Shown piece after piece: positions 1 through 12,291 of a stretch of 64,000 nt of DNA (positions are counted from its first letter, which is position 1; each line of letters starts with the position of its first letter). A program made the translations under genes and the position numbers. Where the stretch lies: NCBI GenBank assembly GCA_907165135.1, contig OU015567.1, forward strand, positions 496,001 to 560,000, written 5' to 3'. The notes under the pieces were generated by a model. It saw only the letters and a program-made list of their open reading frames with translations, searched no databases and was not told the DNA's origin. This stretch comes from Oikopleura dioica. Lineage: Eukaryota > Animalia > Chordata.

Positions 1-3
1 CTC

Positions 4-150
4 TTGCAGATTGCAGGAGATTATGACTGCTTCGTTTATACAAATCCAGCATCTTCATGGGGACAACTTCATGCAAAGATAGGTGATTCCTGGATGACCT
101 GCAGTAAAGGCTCAGATAGAGAGGTTGACGAATCAGTATTCGAAGAATGG
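4..150 (+). CDS. Partial exon of an unidentified gene running off the window start
   Basis: Open frame QIAGDYDCFVYTNPASSWGQLHAKIGDSWMTC...EEW followed by a GT donor (tgg|gtaaat); no family recognised. Confidence 0.3.
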
Positions 151-1788
151 GTAAATTCTCTTTGTAATATATTTGTGAACATTTTAGTGTGATTTTTGCT
201 CAAAATACTGTGATGACATTCGGTGCGCTCGAGAATGTTTAATGAGAACTGGAAAGCTCTTCTGCGGAGAAAATCCTGCAGCTCTGATTGTATCATCAAA
301 TTATATTGGTGGCTGGACGTACGGAGGTGCTTACCACACGAGCAAATTTTCCAAAACTTGTGCCGCTTTTTGCCATTAGGCCAATTTTAGAATAAACTTA
401 TTGTTTTGCTGTTTGTCGAAATTAGGTCGGCTATTTCAATAATTATGAAAATTTACTATTTTGAATAAATGATGACATGTATCAAGCGTTATTTTGATTT
501 CTTGGATATTCATACTTCTTGAAGTTTAGAATCTCTCTTATTTTAGAATTCACAAAAAACGAGCTCGAAAATATGACTCTTTTTATTTTTCGACTCGTGT
601 TTTAAAGCGAGGCGGATTTCCGAGCATTACTTTCCCGCTCATGAAAATGTTACTTGAACCCCTTTTCGATCCGTTTTAATCCTCGTTGTGACCGCAAATT
701 TCAGTTTTTCGCAAAATCGGAATAATAGAAGGCGCCACGAGCGAAATTTATTGTAATGCTGGATTTGGAGATGATCAAGTTCCTTTGTTAATATTTTCAG
801 AATAAACATGGCTTCTTTTTGAGGAATGCTACAGTTGGTAATTACTTGAAGTTTTGTTGTTTCGACCCCTTCTCTTATGCATAAATGAGTGGTGACAAAG
901 TACTTATTTTTTAAACGTTTTAAGCTTTCCTTTATCAAAATAAAAACGATGCTTGAATAAATAAGAGAAAAATTTGTGAAGGTAATATTTCATTTATTAA
1001 AACAGTAACTATAGCCAGTTATGATTTTGAAAGAAAAAGTAAGTTATTAATAATAATTTTTGAGTCAAATAATGAGCGCGCACATAGAGCTTCAGTTTCA
1101 TTACAAAAAAAAAAATTTGTCGTTAAAATCGAACAAGGAATTCCAGATATTGTTTCATTTCAGAGGCATTTTTAAAATATAAATCTTTGTCTGAAGGTTT
1201 TTTTATAGGTATTTTTATAGGTACTTCAGAATTAAAATTTCAGACACTGATGTACTTAGAGAAATAAAAATAAAAACTGTTTCATTTGAAAAACTGATTG
1301 TTTCTATTTTCCCTTCTGGTTATATACGAATTGTTACGCTCTGATACCTCATTTGATAACTATCGACTCCAGTGTGTACTATCTGCTCATCAGATTGCCT
1401 CTTATCATTTTGGCCATCATCTTCTTCTTCTTGTTGAAAATATTCGTTGCGCACTTGGACAATGGTATTCTACGAAAGATTTTTGTATGCAGAAGCAAGT
1501 GGCTGATCTTGAGTTCTGGATCGCGACATAAATTTATGGTCGCGCCTTTTTGAAAGTGCCAAGGGTTGAAAGCCGCAGCGAGCGGGATCTAACGTCACAA
1601 AAGAAGATAACTTGGTTTTTTTCCAAGGAGAAATTTCGGAAAGAATTTCAAGTAGAATCAATTATTCGCGATTTTTTTTTAATTTCTTGTAAAAAAAGCA
1701 AAAAAAAATTCTATTGTCTGATTGGCCTATGTGTAGAATACGGACATCTAATTGGTCAAAAAATTGACCAAAGTTTTGGTCGAGATTT

Positions 1789-1945
1789 GGGGCTGTGTCA
1801 AGAACTGACAAAAAATTTTGACAAATTTTGCGTGAAAATTTTCATCCAATCAAAATCCTGGATTCGGTTAACGGGCCAATCAGGAGCCAAGTAGCCGCCC
1901 ACGCAAAATTTGTCAAAATTTTTTGTCGGTTCCTGACGCCACCCC
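1789..1945. mobile_element. MITE, GG..CC family A (Mutator-like)
   Basis: TIR ggggctgtgtcaagaactgacaaaaaatttt / aaaattttttgtcggttcctgacgccacccc; same family as 11673, 12582 and 38598. Confidence 0.75.
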
Positions 1946-2865
1946 AAAATTTCCTCATTTTCAACCTCCCCTTTTGCTTAGAGTCAAGTTAAGTTATGAT
2001 TTTGATCCCTCAAATCCGATCGATCATTTTTTCTAGAGCTCTCGCCTCCTTCCGGCCTCCGAATTCGTGAAACTCTTTGACCACCAACTTCCTGTCCAGA
2101 AACGAAAGTCGCCAATTGAACAAACATTTTTTTCTTGACAGCTCAATTTTCTTGATAAATTGAAGAGATTCGCTCTTACGTCGGCAAAATATCGGATGAG
2201 AAATTCTGAACGCTTCTTAGAGCGACAATAAATGCAGCAGGGGACCGTGTTCGGGCATGAGAAAATTAATCTTCGAAAACGAAAGATTTTCATAAAACAA
2301 AGTTGAACCAAGTGCAGGAACGTGGTTAATTCTAGAGCACCTGTAACACTGTTTTTTGGAGCTGTAACGGTTTCGTTCTTGAATGACGGCTTGAAGGAGT
2401 ATTGTTAGAATTGATTTGATCTAATCTACAGTAGACCAACAGATGTACAGGTCGATAACTATCAGTTTTGGGGAGCAAAAGAGCAATTCTTGAATGGTAT
2501 ATATATTTGGCAAAAAACGCTCATTAGGTATAAACTCCTAAATGAAACCTTTGTTTTTATTCCTGTCCAACTTGTCACCTCTCTTGAAAAATCATCTTTT
2601 TTAAAATTAAAGATTATAATTAAATGAAACATAAGTATAAGTAGACCTTCAACCCTCCACAGGCATTTTACAACTGATGAATTAGAAAATCTTCTGCATC
2701 ACTTGCTTACTGTTGGCCGAGCTGTGCTTGAAATAAAATGTTCGCTAATGAATCAAATAGGTTTCTATAGTTTAAATGATTAACGACGGAAGTATGCAAT
2801 AAGAATAGGTACAGGATCAATTTTTCTATAATAAAGTCAGAATTGGTTTGAATAATTCGGTATTA

Positions 2866-2940
2866 CCTAACCCTAACCCTATTTGTAACGTATTGTACCC
2901 CCTAACCCTAAGTCCCTAACCTGAACCCTAAAGCCTAACT
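2866..2940. repeat. Degenerate (CCCTAA)n telomere-like cluster
   Basis: cctaaccctaaccctaat ... cctaaccctaag ... ccctaacctgaaccctaa. Confidence 0.5.
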
Positions 2941-4329
2941 CAGGGTCTACGCCGGGTCCCCTTATCCCCAGTAGGTACTTCTTACTTTACGAAAACGTAT
3001 GAGCACCGTGTTTTATACCCTAACTCAGGCTTTCTGCACAGATTTTCACTCAGGGTTTCGCATAAATAAACAAGAACGACCCATCCTTTTCCTCAAATTT
3101 TCCATCCAAAGAAAGCGATTCTTCTATGTTATCTAAATGAAAGGATTATGAACGGGTGCTAATTAATATTTTGACAGAAATGTGACGCAGGATATTATCT
3201 GTTTTTTCGATCAAGAAACGTGGCTTCTTTCCCGATCCGTAACGTTCATTTATCCGGCTCAATTTTGACTGTATTAATTGAGTTCTGGCCGTTTCTTTAG
3301 CTCGTCAGATGCAGCGTTTTTGCATCAACTGCCCTCTTAATTGGCCTCTAATCAGCATAACAAATATTTTTACTATTATTTCGCAAAAATAGCGAGCGCG
3401 AAATTTTCAAAATAGTTCAACAGTTAAACGCCAATTTTGTCGCAATTACTGGAATGTGCGAACATTCACACCACATTCTCCAAAACCAACCAAATAGACT
3501 TTTCGGAGAAAAAGTCTTTCTAAAAAACCTCCAGCAATTTATTTAAAATATTACTCACGTGGTTTCCACGTTATGAATTAACAGGTTCAGCTACTGGTAA
3601 AAGCTGAGTCAGGGTTTGTCTCGGAAACCTGTGCAGAAAACCTGAGTCAGGAATTATTTTTCGCTTTTTTTAATTTTCTATAAGCTTTCAGGAAGTGGAT
3701 TGTTCTTATTGGTATGAATACCCTGTAAAATCTGATAAGGATCAAATAGGTTAAGGTCGATAGGCACATTTTTTGCAGCTGTTTGTTACAGAAGGCCTTT
3801 TACTACTTTGAGAGCATAAAAACAGAGAAGACTCAATGAAAATTTCAGTCTGAAATGATTCTTATATAGAAGTTTCGTATATTCGAAATGGAATTTAAAG
3901 AGAAAATGATTTGAATTGCATTAGCAATTTTGATGCTAAAATGAACCAATTTGTTCACTGAGTCCATATGTAAGACCTGCGCCTTTTTTATTTTGTATTG
4001 TATACCTAAATTTATTCGCTTTATAAAATGTTCTTCTTTTTCAAGTGTTATTTGAGTCTGTGAGTCTGTAATAAAATCTGAAATACCCTGAAAAAAGTTC
4101 CTTGAAAAATTGTCGCCAATTGATATTTCTAAGTATCGCTAGCTTGTCAACTCTTACCCACGAGAGGAGCATTTTACGTAACTCGGCGTTGGTGACGATC
4201 CAGATATTACCGTAAATAACAAGTGAACAGATCCTAAGCTCGATGTAAGCCAAGTGTCAGTCTGACGGTTTTGATCAAGTACTTGTTCGCGAAAAAACAA
4301 TAATCTTCGAGAGGCCAAAATGCGTGGCC

Positions 4330-5465
4330 CAGGGCTGGATATTTTGAAATCAACAAAAATCTCAAACCCCGAAAAACATGAATCATCATCTCATCCATTT
4401 CAAAAATGCAATCTCAGAAAATTTTCTGTCTGAGATCTCAATTTTCGATTTTGCAATATTATGATATTTGAAATGCTGAGATGATTTCAAAAAACTTTTT
4501 GTGGGGCCGGAAATCGTAAAAATCTGCAAGTGCAGTTTTCTTCAGCTTGTCGAGACGAGTTGAATGATGGGTCTAACTCCTGATAACTCTTAGGATTTTA
4601 CGGTTTACCGGCTGGTTACCGGAAAATACGTTGTCAGCGGCCGTTTTTGTTCTAGAAGTGGTAAACAGATGATCGACCCCGGAACTTGTTTCTTATACTC
4701 AGTTCTACTGCAGGCTAAAAGATGAGAGTCGTATCAATAGTCTGAAGAGAGTTATCACTAAAATACTATTTTTGGCGGAAATGGGACTAGAAATCAGGAA
4801 CGTGCAGCAACTACGAAATATATGTAAAATTTACTATTTTTAATGATAACTCTCTTCAGACTATTGATACGACTCTCATCTTTTAGCCTGCAGTAGAACT
4901 GAGTATAAGAAACAAGTTCCGGGGTCGATCATCTGTTTACCACTTCTAGAACAAAAACGGCCGCTGACAACGTATTTTCCGGTAACCAGCCGGTAAACCG
5001 GTAAATCCTTAGAATTATCAGGAGTTAGACCCATCATTCAACTCGTCTCGACGAGCTGAAGAAAACTGCACTTGCAGATTTTTTACGATTTCCGGCCCCA
5101 CAAAAGTTTTTTCAAATCATCTGAGATCTCAATTATCTCAAAAAGGCGCGAGTTGGATACGCGCGTTGCAATGAAATGAAATTTGAAATTCTGAGATCTC
5201 AAGCATTTCAGGTCCATCTGAACCAATCACAAGTCTTGCTCTAAGCCCGCGACGTTTGTCCGCGGCCCTTGCGCTGTTTGCAAAATTTTGAGATTTGAGA
5301 TCTCGAGATCTCAGCAATCTCAAGAATGGAAAAATTATGACGAGGGAGTTGCAATAATATTGAAATTTGAGATTTGTTGAGATGGTGCAAAATTTTGCGA
5401 TAGAAATGAGATTTCACACAAAAATTGATTTGAAATTTTTGCTGATTTCAAAATATCCAGCCCTG
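4330..5465. mobile_element. hAT-like non-autonomous element
   Basis: TIR CAGGGCTGGATATTTTGAAATCA at both ends; perfect 8-bp TSD GCGTGGCC (4322-4329, 5466-5473); shorter family member at 34235-34474. Confidence 0.9.
4479..5122. repeat. Long near-perfect inverted repeat (arms ~290 bp, spacer ~60 bp) inside the hAT element
   Basis: ~4479-4770 is the reverse complement of ~4833-5122 with only a few mismatches. Confidence 0.9.
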
Positions 5466-5676
5466 GCGTGGCCTTTTTCATTTATTTTTTATAAAAAATC
5501 TGAACTTGCGAAAAGGAAAAACCGCAGGTGGGAACTGAAGATTCTTCAAGCTGTCGGGCTTTTTAAAAAGCCTCAGTGACGTTTTCGTCCATAATGCGTG
5601 CCCCACCCTTAATTCAAGTTCAAACTTCTTGTTCTCGCGAAAATTGGGTTAACAAAAAGACATTTTTTCTTTGGAT

Positions 5677-5790
5677 TAGGGTTAGAGGTAGGGTTAGGGC
5701 TCGGTTTTCAAGTGTCCCCTTATTTTTAGGGGTTAGGGTTACGGTAAGGGTTAGCCTTAACCGGTTAGGGTTAGAGCTAGGGTTAGGGTT
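5677..5790. repeat. Degenerate (TTAGGG)n telomere-like cluster
   Basis: Multiple ggttagggtt motifs; further small clusters at ~6024-6036 and ~22316-22350. Confidence 0.55.
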
Positions 5791-7107
5791 TGTCGCAAAT
5801 TTTTTCATTTTTTGACTTTCTTTTCAGAAATTCTTCTTTAGAAATAAACTTTTATAAATACCAAAAAAGAAAATATAAATTATAATTTTCCCAAAATTGA
5901 TGCTTACAGTGATCTTGTCATCGGACCTTATGTAAGATAGAAGATACCACTGTGTCAACATACAGTACACACTGTTCAATAGAAGGCAGTTAGAGATTCT
6001 TGTGGTATTACAGTAGGATCTCATTAGGGTTAGGGTTTTCCTTTTCCAGCTCTAGAATCATCAGAAGCTTCCGAAAGATATTGTCTTAGGGATTTCCTCC
6101 TGGCTTTGAGGGAGCTCTGTAATTATTCACGTGTCTTGTACCTTCTCCGTTTTTCTCACAATATCTAAACAGAAATCACATAATATACCAGGTAGCTGAT
6201 TGTCAGTCTAAAAGAGCATCTTTCCCGCTTCCCGTGTTATTGGAAGAGACATGCTTGTGCATAATAAAATCGGCTCAGGAGATGACATGCGCTTTGAAAA
6301 TATTTGAATCAAGTTAAGTCAAGTTGACCGTTTCCGGTGACTCAAGATAAGCTCGTTTTCGCCGACTTTACAAATATTAACATTCCCGACCATTTTTTCT
6401 TTGACAAATCAGTTTTCGTTCGGAAGATGTTTTTGCAGATGCAGGGTTGAAAAAGGTGTATCAAAGTATTGAAAACGTGTAATTATTGCGGCGGGAGGGA
6501 AGAATTTCTTTGAGAAAAAGGGTATAATTTGGATGTCTTGAAGCTTTTTTAAATAAATTTGATAATAGAATTGATCTTCTTTTCAAAAATCATCTTATTC
6601 GAGTTAAAACTCTTCTTTTTCAGAAAATTTAATTTACATTGAGCAAAAATCCTGAAATTGCTCGAATTAGCCAATCAGATTTTCGCATTCGGCTGGTTGA
6701 CCAATCGTTTTTCAGAAAATCCTCATTTTATTTTCTTTTTTATTTCAAGCTCAAATGAAGCTGCTTAACTCCCAGCGATCATTTCTTATAGAATATGAGT
6801 CATACTTAAAAGAATCTTATGGTTCGTAAAAACAGTCTTCATATTCAACGATAAGAGTTTTTCGTCCATATATTTATTTCCCCTTTTCTTTGTGACGAGG
6901 TAGTTTGTCAAACAACCCTTCGCAATCAACAAAGGAAACGTTTTCTCTTTTCGACACGAAATCATGAATTCTCCTCGTCGCGCGCACGTGCTCTCTTGCG
7001 CCGCGCAATTCCCGTGCGCGCGTATAAAAGCGCGTAAAACGTAACGCAAAAATCGTAACTTTCAGCAATCTTTATTGAAAAACTACGTTTTCGACTTAAA
7101 AAAGTTG

Positions 7108-9491
7108 ATGAAAATTTTCCTTCCTTTTTATTCGCCGCTCGGGCTGAGCTGAGCTCACTCGAACTTCAGAGGAGCTTCTTTGGAGGCAACTTCAGCGAGC
7201 ACTGGGGACACAGCTCTGCCGATGGAGTCAGAACTGATAGCGGAAACGACGCGTGGAAGACTTGCAGGAAGCCAGAGATGCCGAAGTTTGGATTTACTTC
7301 TTGCTCCGGGAATAAATGCAGGACGCTTTGCAAGCCAGGCTATTTTACTATCGGTAAGTTTTCTTCTTTAGCCGTGGCGTTTTTATTGGCCTAAAAGATG
7401 ATTTTCGAATACCCAAGATTGATGGTAAAATTTGAAAAAAGAAGCCCAAGATTGTCGATTTTAAAAATTTCAGCGAGTCGAATTTCGAGTCGAAAAAGAA
7501 CCGCGTTTTCTAACCATTCTTCATTTCAGGCGGGCGAGACAAGTCCAAATGCAAAAGTAATGGTTTCTGGAATCACCCTCTTCCGGACTGCGAAACCTGC
7601 TCGATGCCTGAAATCCAATCGCGCCCCGGTCTCGATTCCTACTGCACAGTCGATGAACGGCGAGGCCGGACGACGTGCAAATTATCGTGCACTAATGGAA
7701 ACAAAATTTACGGACGGCTCTCCAGGCCCGTAGCGTGCAAATGTCATAATAAAAGGGCTGCCAGTGGATGTTCACTGGGCCGGGAATGAGAAGGGAGGAC
7801 AGGCATCATGTTGATTTGGACAGATTGGAAGAGATTTGCCCAAGACCGGTCAATAATGACCCGATTGAAGGTGAGCACAGTTTATTATTCATGATAAAAT
7901 TTAAGACCCTAAAACTTCAAATGAAAAGCCTCGTAGCGGCTTTTTAAAACGAAGCCGCGAAGCGGCTTCGCAAAACTATTATTTAATCTTATCTTTAATT
8001 TCTGGAGAAGCCGCTTCGCGGCTTCGTTTTTCAAAGCCGCTGCGCGGCTTTTCATCTTTGATTTTCTATACCCTGACTCAGGTTTTCTACTCAGGTTGCC
8101 GAGCCTAGGAGTCAGGTTTATGCATCCAATTAGAAGTCTAAATCTCGATTCTAGTGGTGGATACATGCCCACAAGCTGAAAAAGTCCCAACTTGTGTCGA
8201 CGTCACCAACAAAGGCGAAATCCTCAACAGTTGGACCTGCCGAGACTGCCATCGCGTCCGAGTCTACTTCAACAAGAACAACTACCCGAGGTAATTTTTT
8301 CATCTAAAAGAAAAGAGTTGACACGATTGTAGATTGAGAAACAGCTTCGACAACCGCGACTCGCTCTACGTTAAATTTTCGGTTCGAGTTCAATTCGATA
8401 AATGGGCGCATCCGGCGATGAGGTAAGCCAGAATAATTGATTCCAGAGTTGAATCCAGCCACATTAGACCAATTTATCTCGGCGGAAACGAATACCGAAT
8501 CCCCTTCTCTCCCTTCAAAGAGTTCACCGACGGCTGGGTCGACTTCACCGCCGAGTTCCGACCTCTTGGATCGGTCGAGCCAACAATCGAGCGCGTCCGC
8601 ACTTGCCCCTGTAGCTACACGCTGATGAGCGACACCTGCGAATGTAAGAATTTTAATTTCCGCGCTAGAATAGCTCTCATTTTCGCGCTTTCTAGCGGAC
8701 AACGAGTGCGACGGAGTTTGTCACGAAGGACTGTGCGCGGAATGCGCCAACGACCAGGATTGTCATAACGGCGGAACTTGCAAAGATAACATTTGCCTGC
8801 TTTGCGAGAGGAACCGTGATTGCGCGGATGGGCTCATTTGCTCCGATGACAATATTTGCATCGAGTGCGAAAACAACAATCAGTGCTCTGAAGGCAGTAC
8901 TTGTGTTCGGTAAGGAAAATGCGCAATTTTGATTGGTCAAGAAAGATTTTTTTCTTCTTGATCGGTCAAGAACATTTTGCATATTTTTGATTGGTTCAAG
9001 AAAAATTTTCTTGTTTCTGATTGGCTCAAGTCAATTTTCTTCATTTTGATTGGTCAAAAATATTTTGCATCTTATTGATTGGCCAAGAAAGAAATTTCTT
9101 GTTTCCGATTGGTTCAAGTCAATTTTTCTACATTTTGATTGGCTGAAAAAATTTTCACTTTTGATTGGTCCAACAAAAAAGCTCTTGTTTCTGATTGGTT
9201 CAATTTCACTTAATTTTAATTGCTCAGAAATATAACTCCGTCCTTTTTATTCGATAAAAGCGCTCGTACCAATATTTAACCCAATTCTAGCGGCCAGTGC
9301 CAAGAATGCATCGACGACTACGGCTGCGCCCACAAAGACCAAGTCTGCTACGATGGAACCTGCGTAGATTGCCGCTACACTGGAGACTGCGCAGAGCCCT
9401 TCACAAAATGCAGAAAGAAAGACAACACCTGCATTTCTACTATTTAAATTTCGAAGAAAGACAACTTCGATTTAGCGACTGCTTGAAATAA
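7108..9491 (+). CDS. Secreted Cys-rich multidomain protein (sushi-like domains, a WTCRDC domain, C-terminal C..D.DC repeats)
   Basis: Signal-like MKIFLPFLFAARAE; GT-AG exons give CSGNKCRTLCKPGY, CKLSCTNG..VACKC..GCQWMF..LDRLEEICP and ILNSWTCRDCHRVRV; needs two 1-nt homopolymer corrections (7125-7129, 7751-7754). Confidence 0.7.
8928..9200. repeat. Intronic degenerate minisatellite of (T/C)TGATTGG-centred units
   Basis: About 10 GATTGG (reverse CCAAT) cores spaced ~29 nt apart in T/A-rich linkers. Confidence 0.6.
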
Positions 9492-9837
9492 CTGTAAATA
9501 AGACCTTTCTTTGTGCATTAATTTGAGAATAAATTCTTTTATACAAAAATCTTTTCAAATTATGAATTTTGCGGGCGGAATTCGCAGATAAAAGTGTGCA
9601 TTCCTTGGTGGCAGCTTTCCGAAACCAGCATATTGTAGCTCTGAAATGTTGACTTGCCAAGGACTCACATTTTGAGGAAGGACTTACCGAGGAGTAGTAA
9701 GCGCAATTATGGCGATTGTCGACTTGATGAACATTGTATTTTGTCACTCGGTTGTTTCCATCAAGCTTTAAACAGAATATTCTAGCGGTAGTAGGAGCCC
9801 CTTCTTCTTGATAATTTGGGGTAAGAATGGACTAGCC

Positions 9838-9997
9838 CCCAACCCAACCCAACCCAACCCAACCCAACCCAACCCAACCCAACCCAACCCAACCCAACCC
9901 AACCCAACCCAACCCAACCCAACCCAACCCAACCCAACCCAACCCAACCCAACCCAACCCAACCCAACCCAACCCAACCCAACCCAACCCAACCCAA
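9838..9997. repeat. Perfect (CCCAA)n microsatellite, ~32 units
   Basis: Uninterrupted aaccc run; the GWVGL and PNPTQ ORFs here are artefacts of it. Confidence 0.97.
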
Positions 9998-10611
9998 AGC
10001 CTTTTACTGATCAGATATCCTTTCCCAAATTCCATTGTATTTCCTGACATTGGACCAGGGTTGATTGAAAATCAGCCATCTTTGATCCAGATTCGTTTCT
10101 TGTCCTAGCAGGGTTTTTCAAAAAACAAGTGTACACTTGAAAGGAACAAAAAGCCCGTTTCCTGAAAAATCTGCCAAAACATGTGTTCCTCTCAATTCAC
10201 AGAACGCGCGCTTGCTCGTATGTTGATTCACTCTCATGTTGGCTCAGTTGTTTGACGTTAGAAAAGTCCATTTCGTAAACGATTTGGGTCCCACTTGGGT
10301 TTCGGTCCCGAATGTTTGGTGTTAAATTGGGCTTTCCTATCAATGGGCGGTTGTTGTTGTTGCTGGGGGTTATTCGCACGATTTTCGTCTGCTGAGTTGT
10401 CTGAAAGAAAGAACTAGATGAGGGAGAATGAGCTTTCTTACCCTTGGAGCCAAAGTTGGCGCCATATTTTGGTTGATATTCCAGCTTCCTGGCTTGAATT
10501 TGATCGCATCTAGAATGACCTTTTTTCAGATGAGTTATCAAAAATCTGATGCCAAATAAATTATCAATATTCTCCGAATAGAAAGTACTTTAATAAAGTC
10601 AAGTAGAACCC

Positions 10612-10680
10612 TGGGGACGAGTAGCGTATTGGTCGTGTGCCGCTACTCGGAGGCGAGGGCCGCGAGTTCGAAAGCTGACA
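10612..10680 (+). other. tRNA-like Pol III promoter element (SINE-head-like)
   Basis: A-box-like TAGCGTATTGG and B-box-like GAGTTCGAAAG; no convincing cloverleaf. Confidence 0.4.
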
Positions 10681-10789
10681 CAATCAAATATTTATCGAAC
10701 TAAAATTAAGTCAGCGGCGTCTCAAAAAACAAAAAGTCTTTGCAAACATAAAACTATGGGGAATGGAAAAATGATCTGAATTCTTCGAG

Positions 10790-12172
10790 ATCAAGATGAT
10801 CTCGAGGAGGCTCTGGGTGCTGACAAGAAATGACGACAAATAAAAACCGAAAATTGACGAAAGGCAGCACGAGCCCTGAGGTTTCTCTTGATCCCCAAAA
10901 AGGCCCCGCCTGTCAAGAGTTTTTGATGTTTACGGAATGTAAAAATAAAAATTGTAAAAAAATGAAATTTTTACTGAAATTATTGTTTTCTACAAAACCT
11001 GTTGAGTCCTTGTTTCCGCACGAATGCCATCCCCACTTTCCGCTCCCGTCCTTTTTCCAGACATTGCAAGTGTACTCCACGTATTCTAGCTGAACAGGGT
11101 GGTAGGTCTCCAAATTGGTAGTGATATAAGCGTAGCTACGGCTTTTTCCGAGTGTTTCTCCGTTTCGAAAGCCCCATTCTTTCCTTCGAACATGAGTTAC
11201 TAAAGCAGAGGAAGTCGTTTCTAGTACCTTGGAGCATAATAGGCAATGAAGAAGTCAGACTTGTCCGCCTTTTGAAAAACCGGTCTTCCGTCCATATTCG
11301 CCGTGCTCTTGCCCTGAACTTCTTTGAACAAACCGCCAAGATTGGACGTTTTCCATGCATCACCGAAATCACCCTCGACGAAAATCATCTTTGGAAAATT
11401 ATTCTCTCTCGCTTCGTTGTTGATTTTCGTCTGAGCGTAGCTTTCTCTTCGGTCTTTTTGAAGAACTTCTCGGCCCCCGTCGCGGACGAAAACGGAGCCG
11501 CAAGATGACCAGCCAGAGTTTTTCCAGACCTCGCATTTTCGAATTCTGCATTGGCTCGGGTCCTGGACGTCGGAGGAGCACAGGAGATTCGCGTAGTTGA
11601 GGCGGGAATTGAGGTCGTTTTTGGACTTTTGGGAAATCTTTTTGTAATTATGAATAATTTATTAATAAATTCGGGATGGTGTCTGGAACCGAGAAAAATT
11701 TCGACAATTTTTGCGTAGGCTGCTACTCGGCTGCAGAATGGCCGCTTAGCCGAATCCAGGCTTCTGATTGGTTAAAAATTTCCACGCAAATTTTGTCGAA
11801 TTTTTGTCGGTTCCAGACACCTTCCCATAAATTCACATTTTTTAATTATAGTTTTTCCGATCCTGAAAGTACCATTTTCCATCTTCCGGTTCATATCTTA
11901 TAAAAATCTCTTGTTGATTTTGATTTCTCGACTTGTAAATCGGTTTTCCCTGTGAATCTCTATCGGCAATAATTCAAACTTTCTTCCCCTTCTTTTTCCG
12001 AATTATCGCCATTCCTAGCCCTCAAGCTGCCTCTCTCAACCCTCTTGTACTCGCCTACTAGAACGGAATCTTTCCATTCATCTCCAAAGCTTCCTTCGAC
12101 GACGATAAATTCTGACGATGCCGAAACGAGCTGCCAAAGACTGAGCAGCAAAAACTTCAAAACTCTTCTCAT
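10790..12172 (-). CDS. Secreted protein with two internal repeats (VEG.FGD.WK.S...C.VWK...GW.SCG)
   Basis: Signal peptide MRRVLKFLLLSLWQLVSA; VEGSFGDEWKDS..GKPIYK matches VEGDFGDAWKTS..GRPVFQK; first intron is GA-AG (11960-12014); 3' end approximate. Confidence 0.65.
11673..11826. mobile_element. MITE family A (Mutator-like), intronic
   Basis: TIR gggatggtgtctggaaccga / tcggttccagacaccttccc; 8-bp TSD ATAAATTC. Confidence 0.88.
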
Positions 12173-12291
12173 TTTTCTCTTCAGACGGTGCTGAAAAAAA
12201 GAAGACCGCGAAGAGGAGGAGGATCGACAAGTTCAAGGAAAATAAACAACTCGTCAATTTAACTTCGATTTTGTTTATTCTGATTTTCGGG

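Noticed and set aside
1353-2330. Small TM protein gene
   Set aside because: There is a hydrophobic stretch and possible exons, but the model could not be supported.
9768-10050. GWVGL and PNPTQ repeat proteins
   Set aside because: These are translations of the (CCCAA)n microsatellite.
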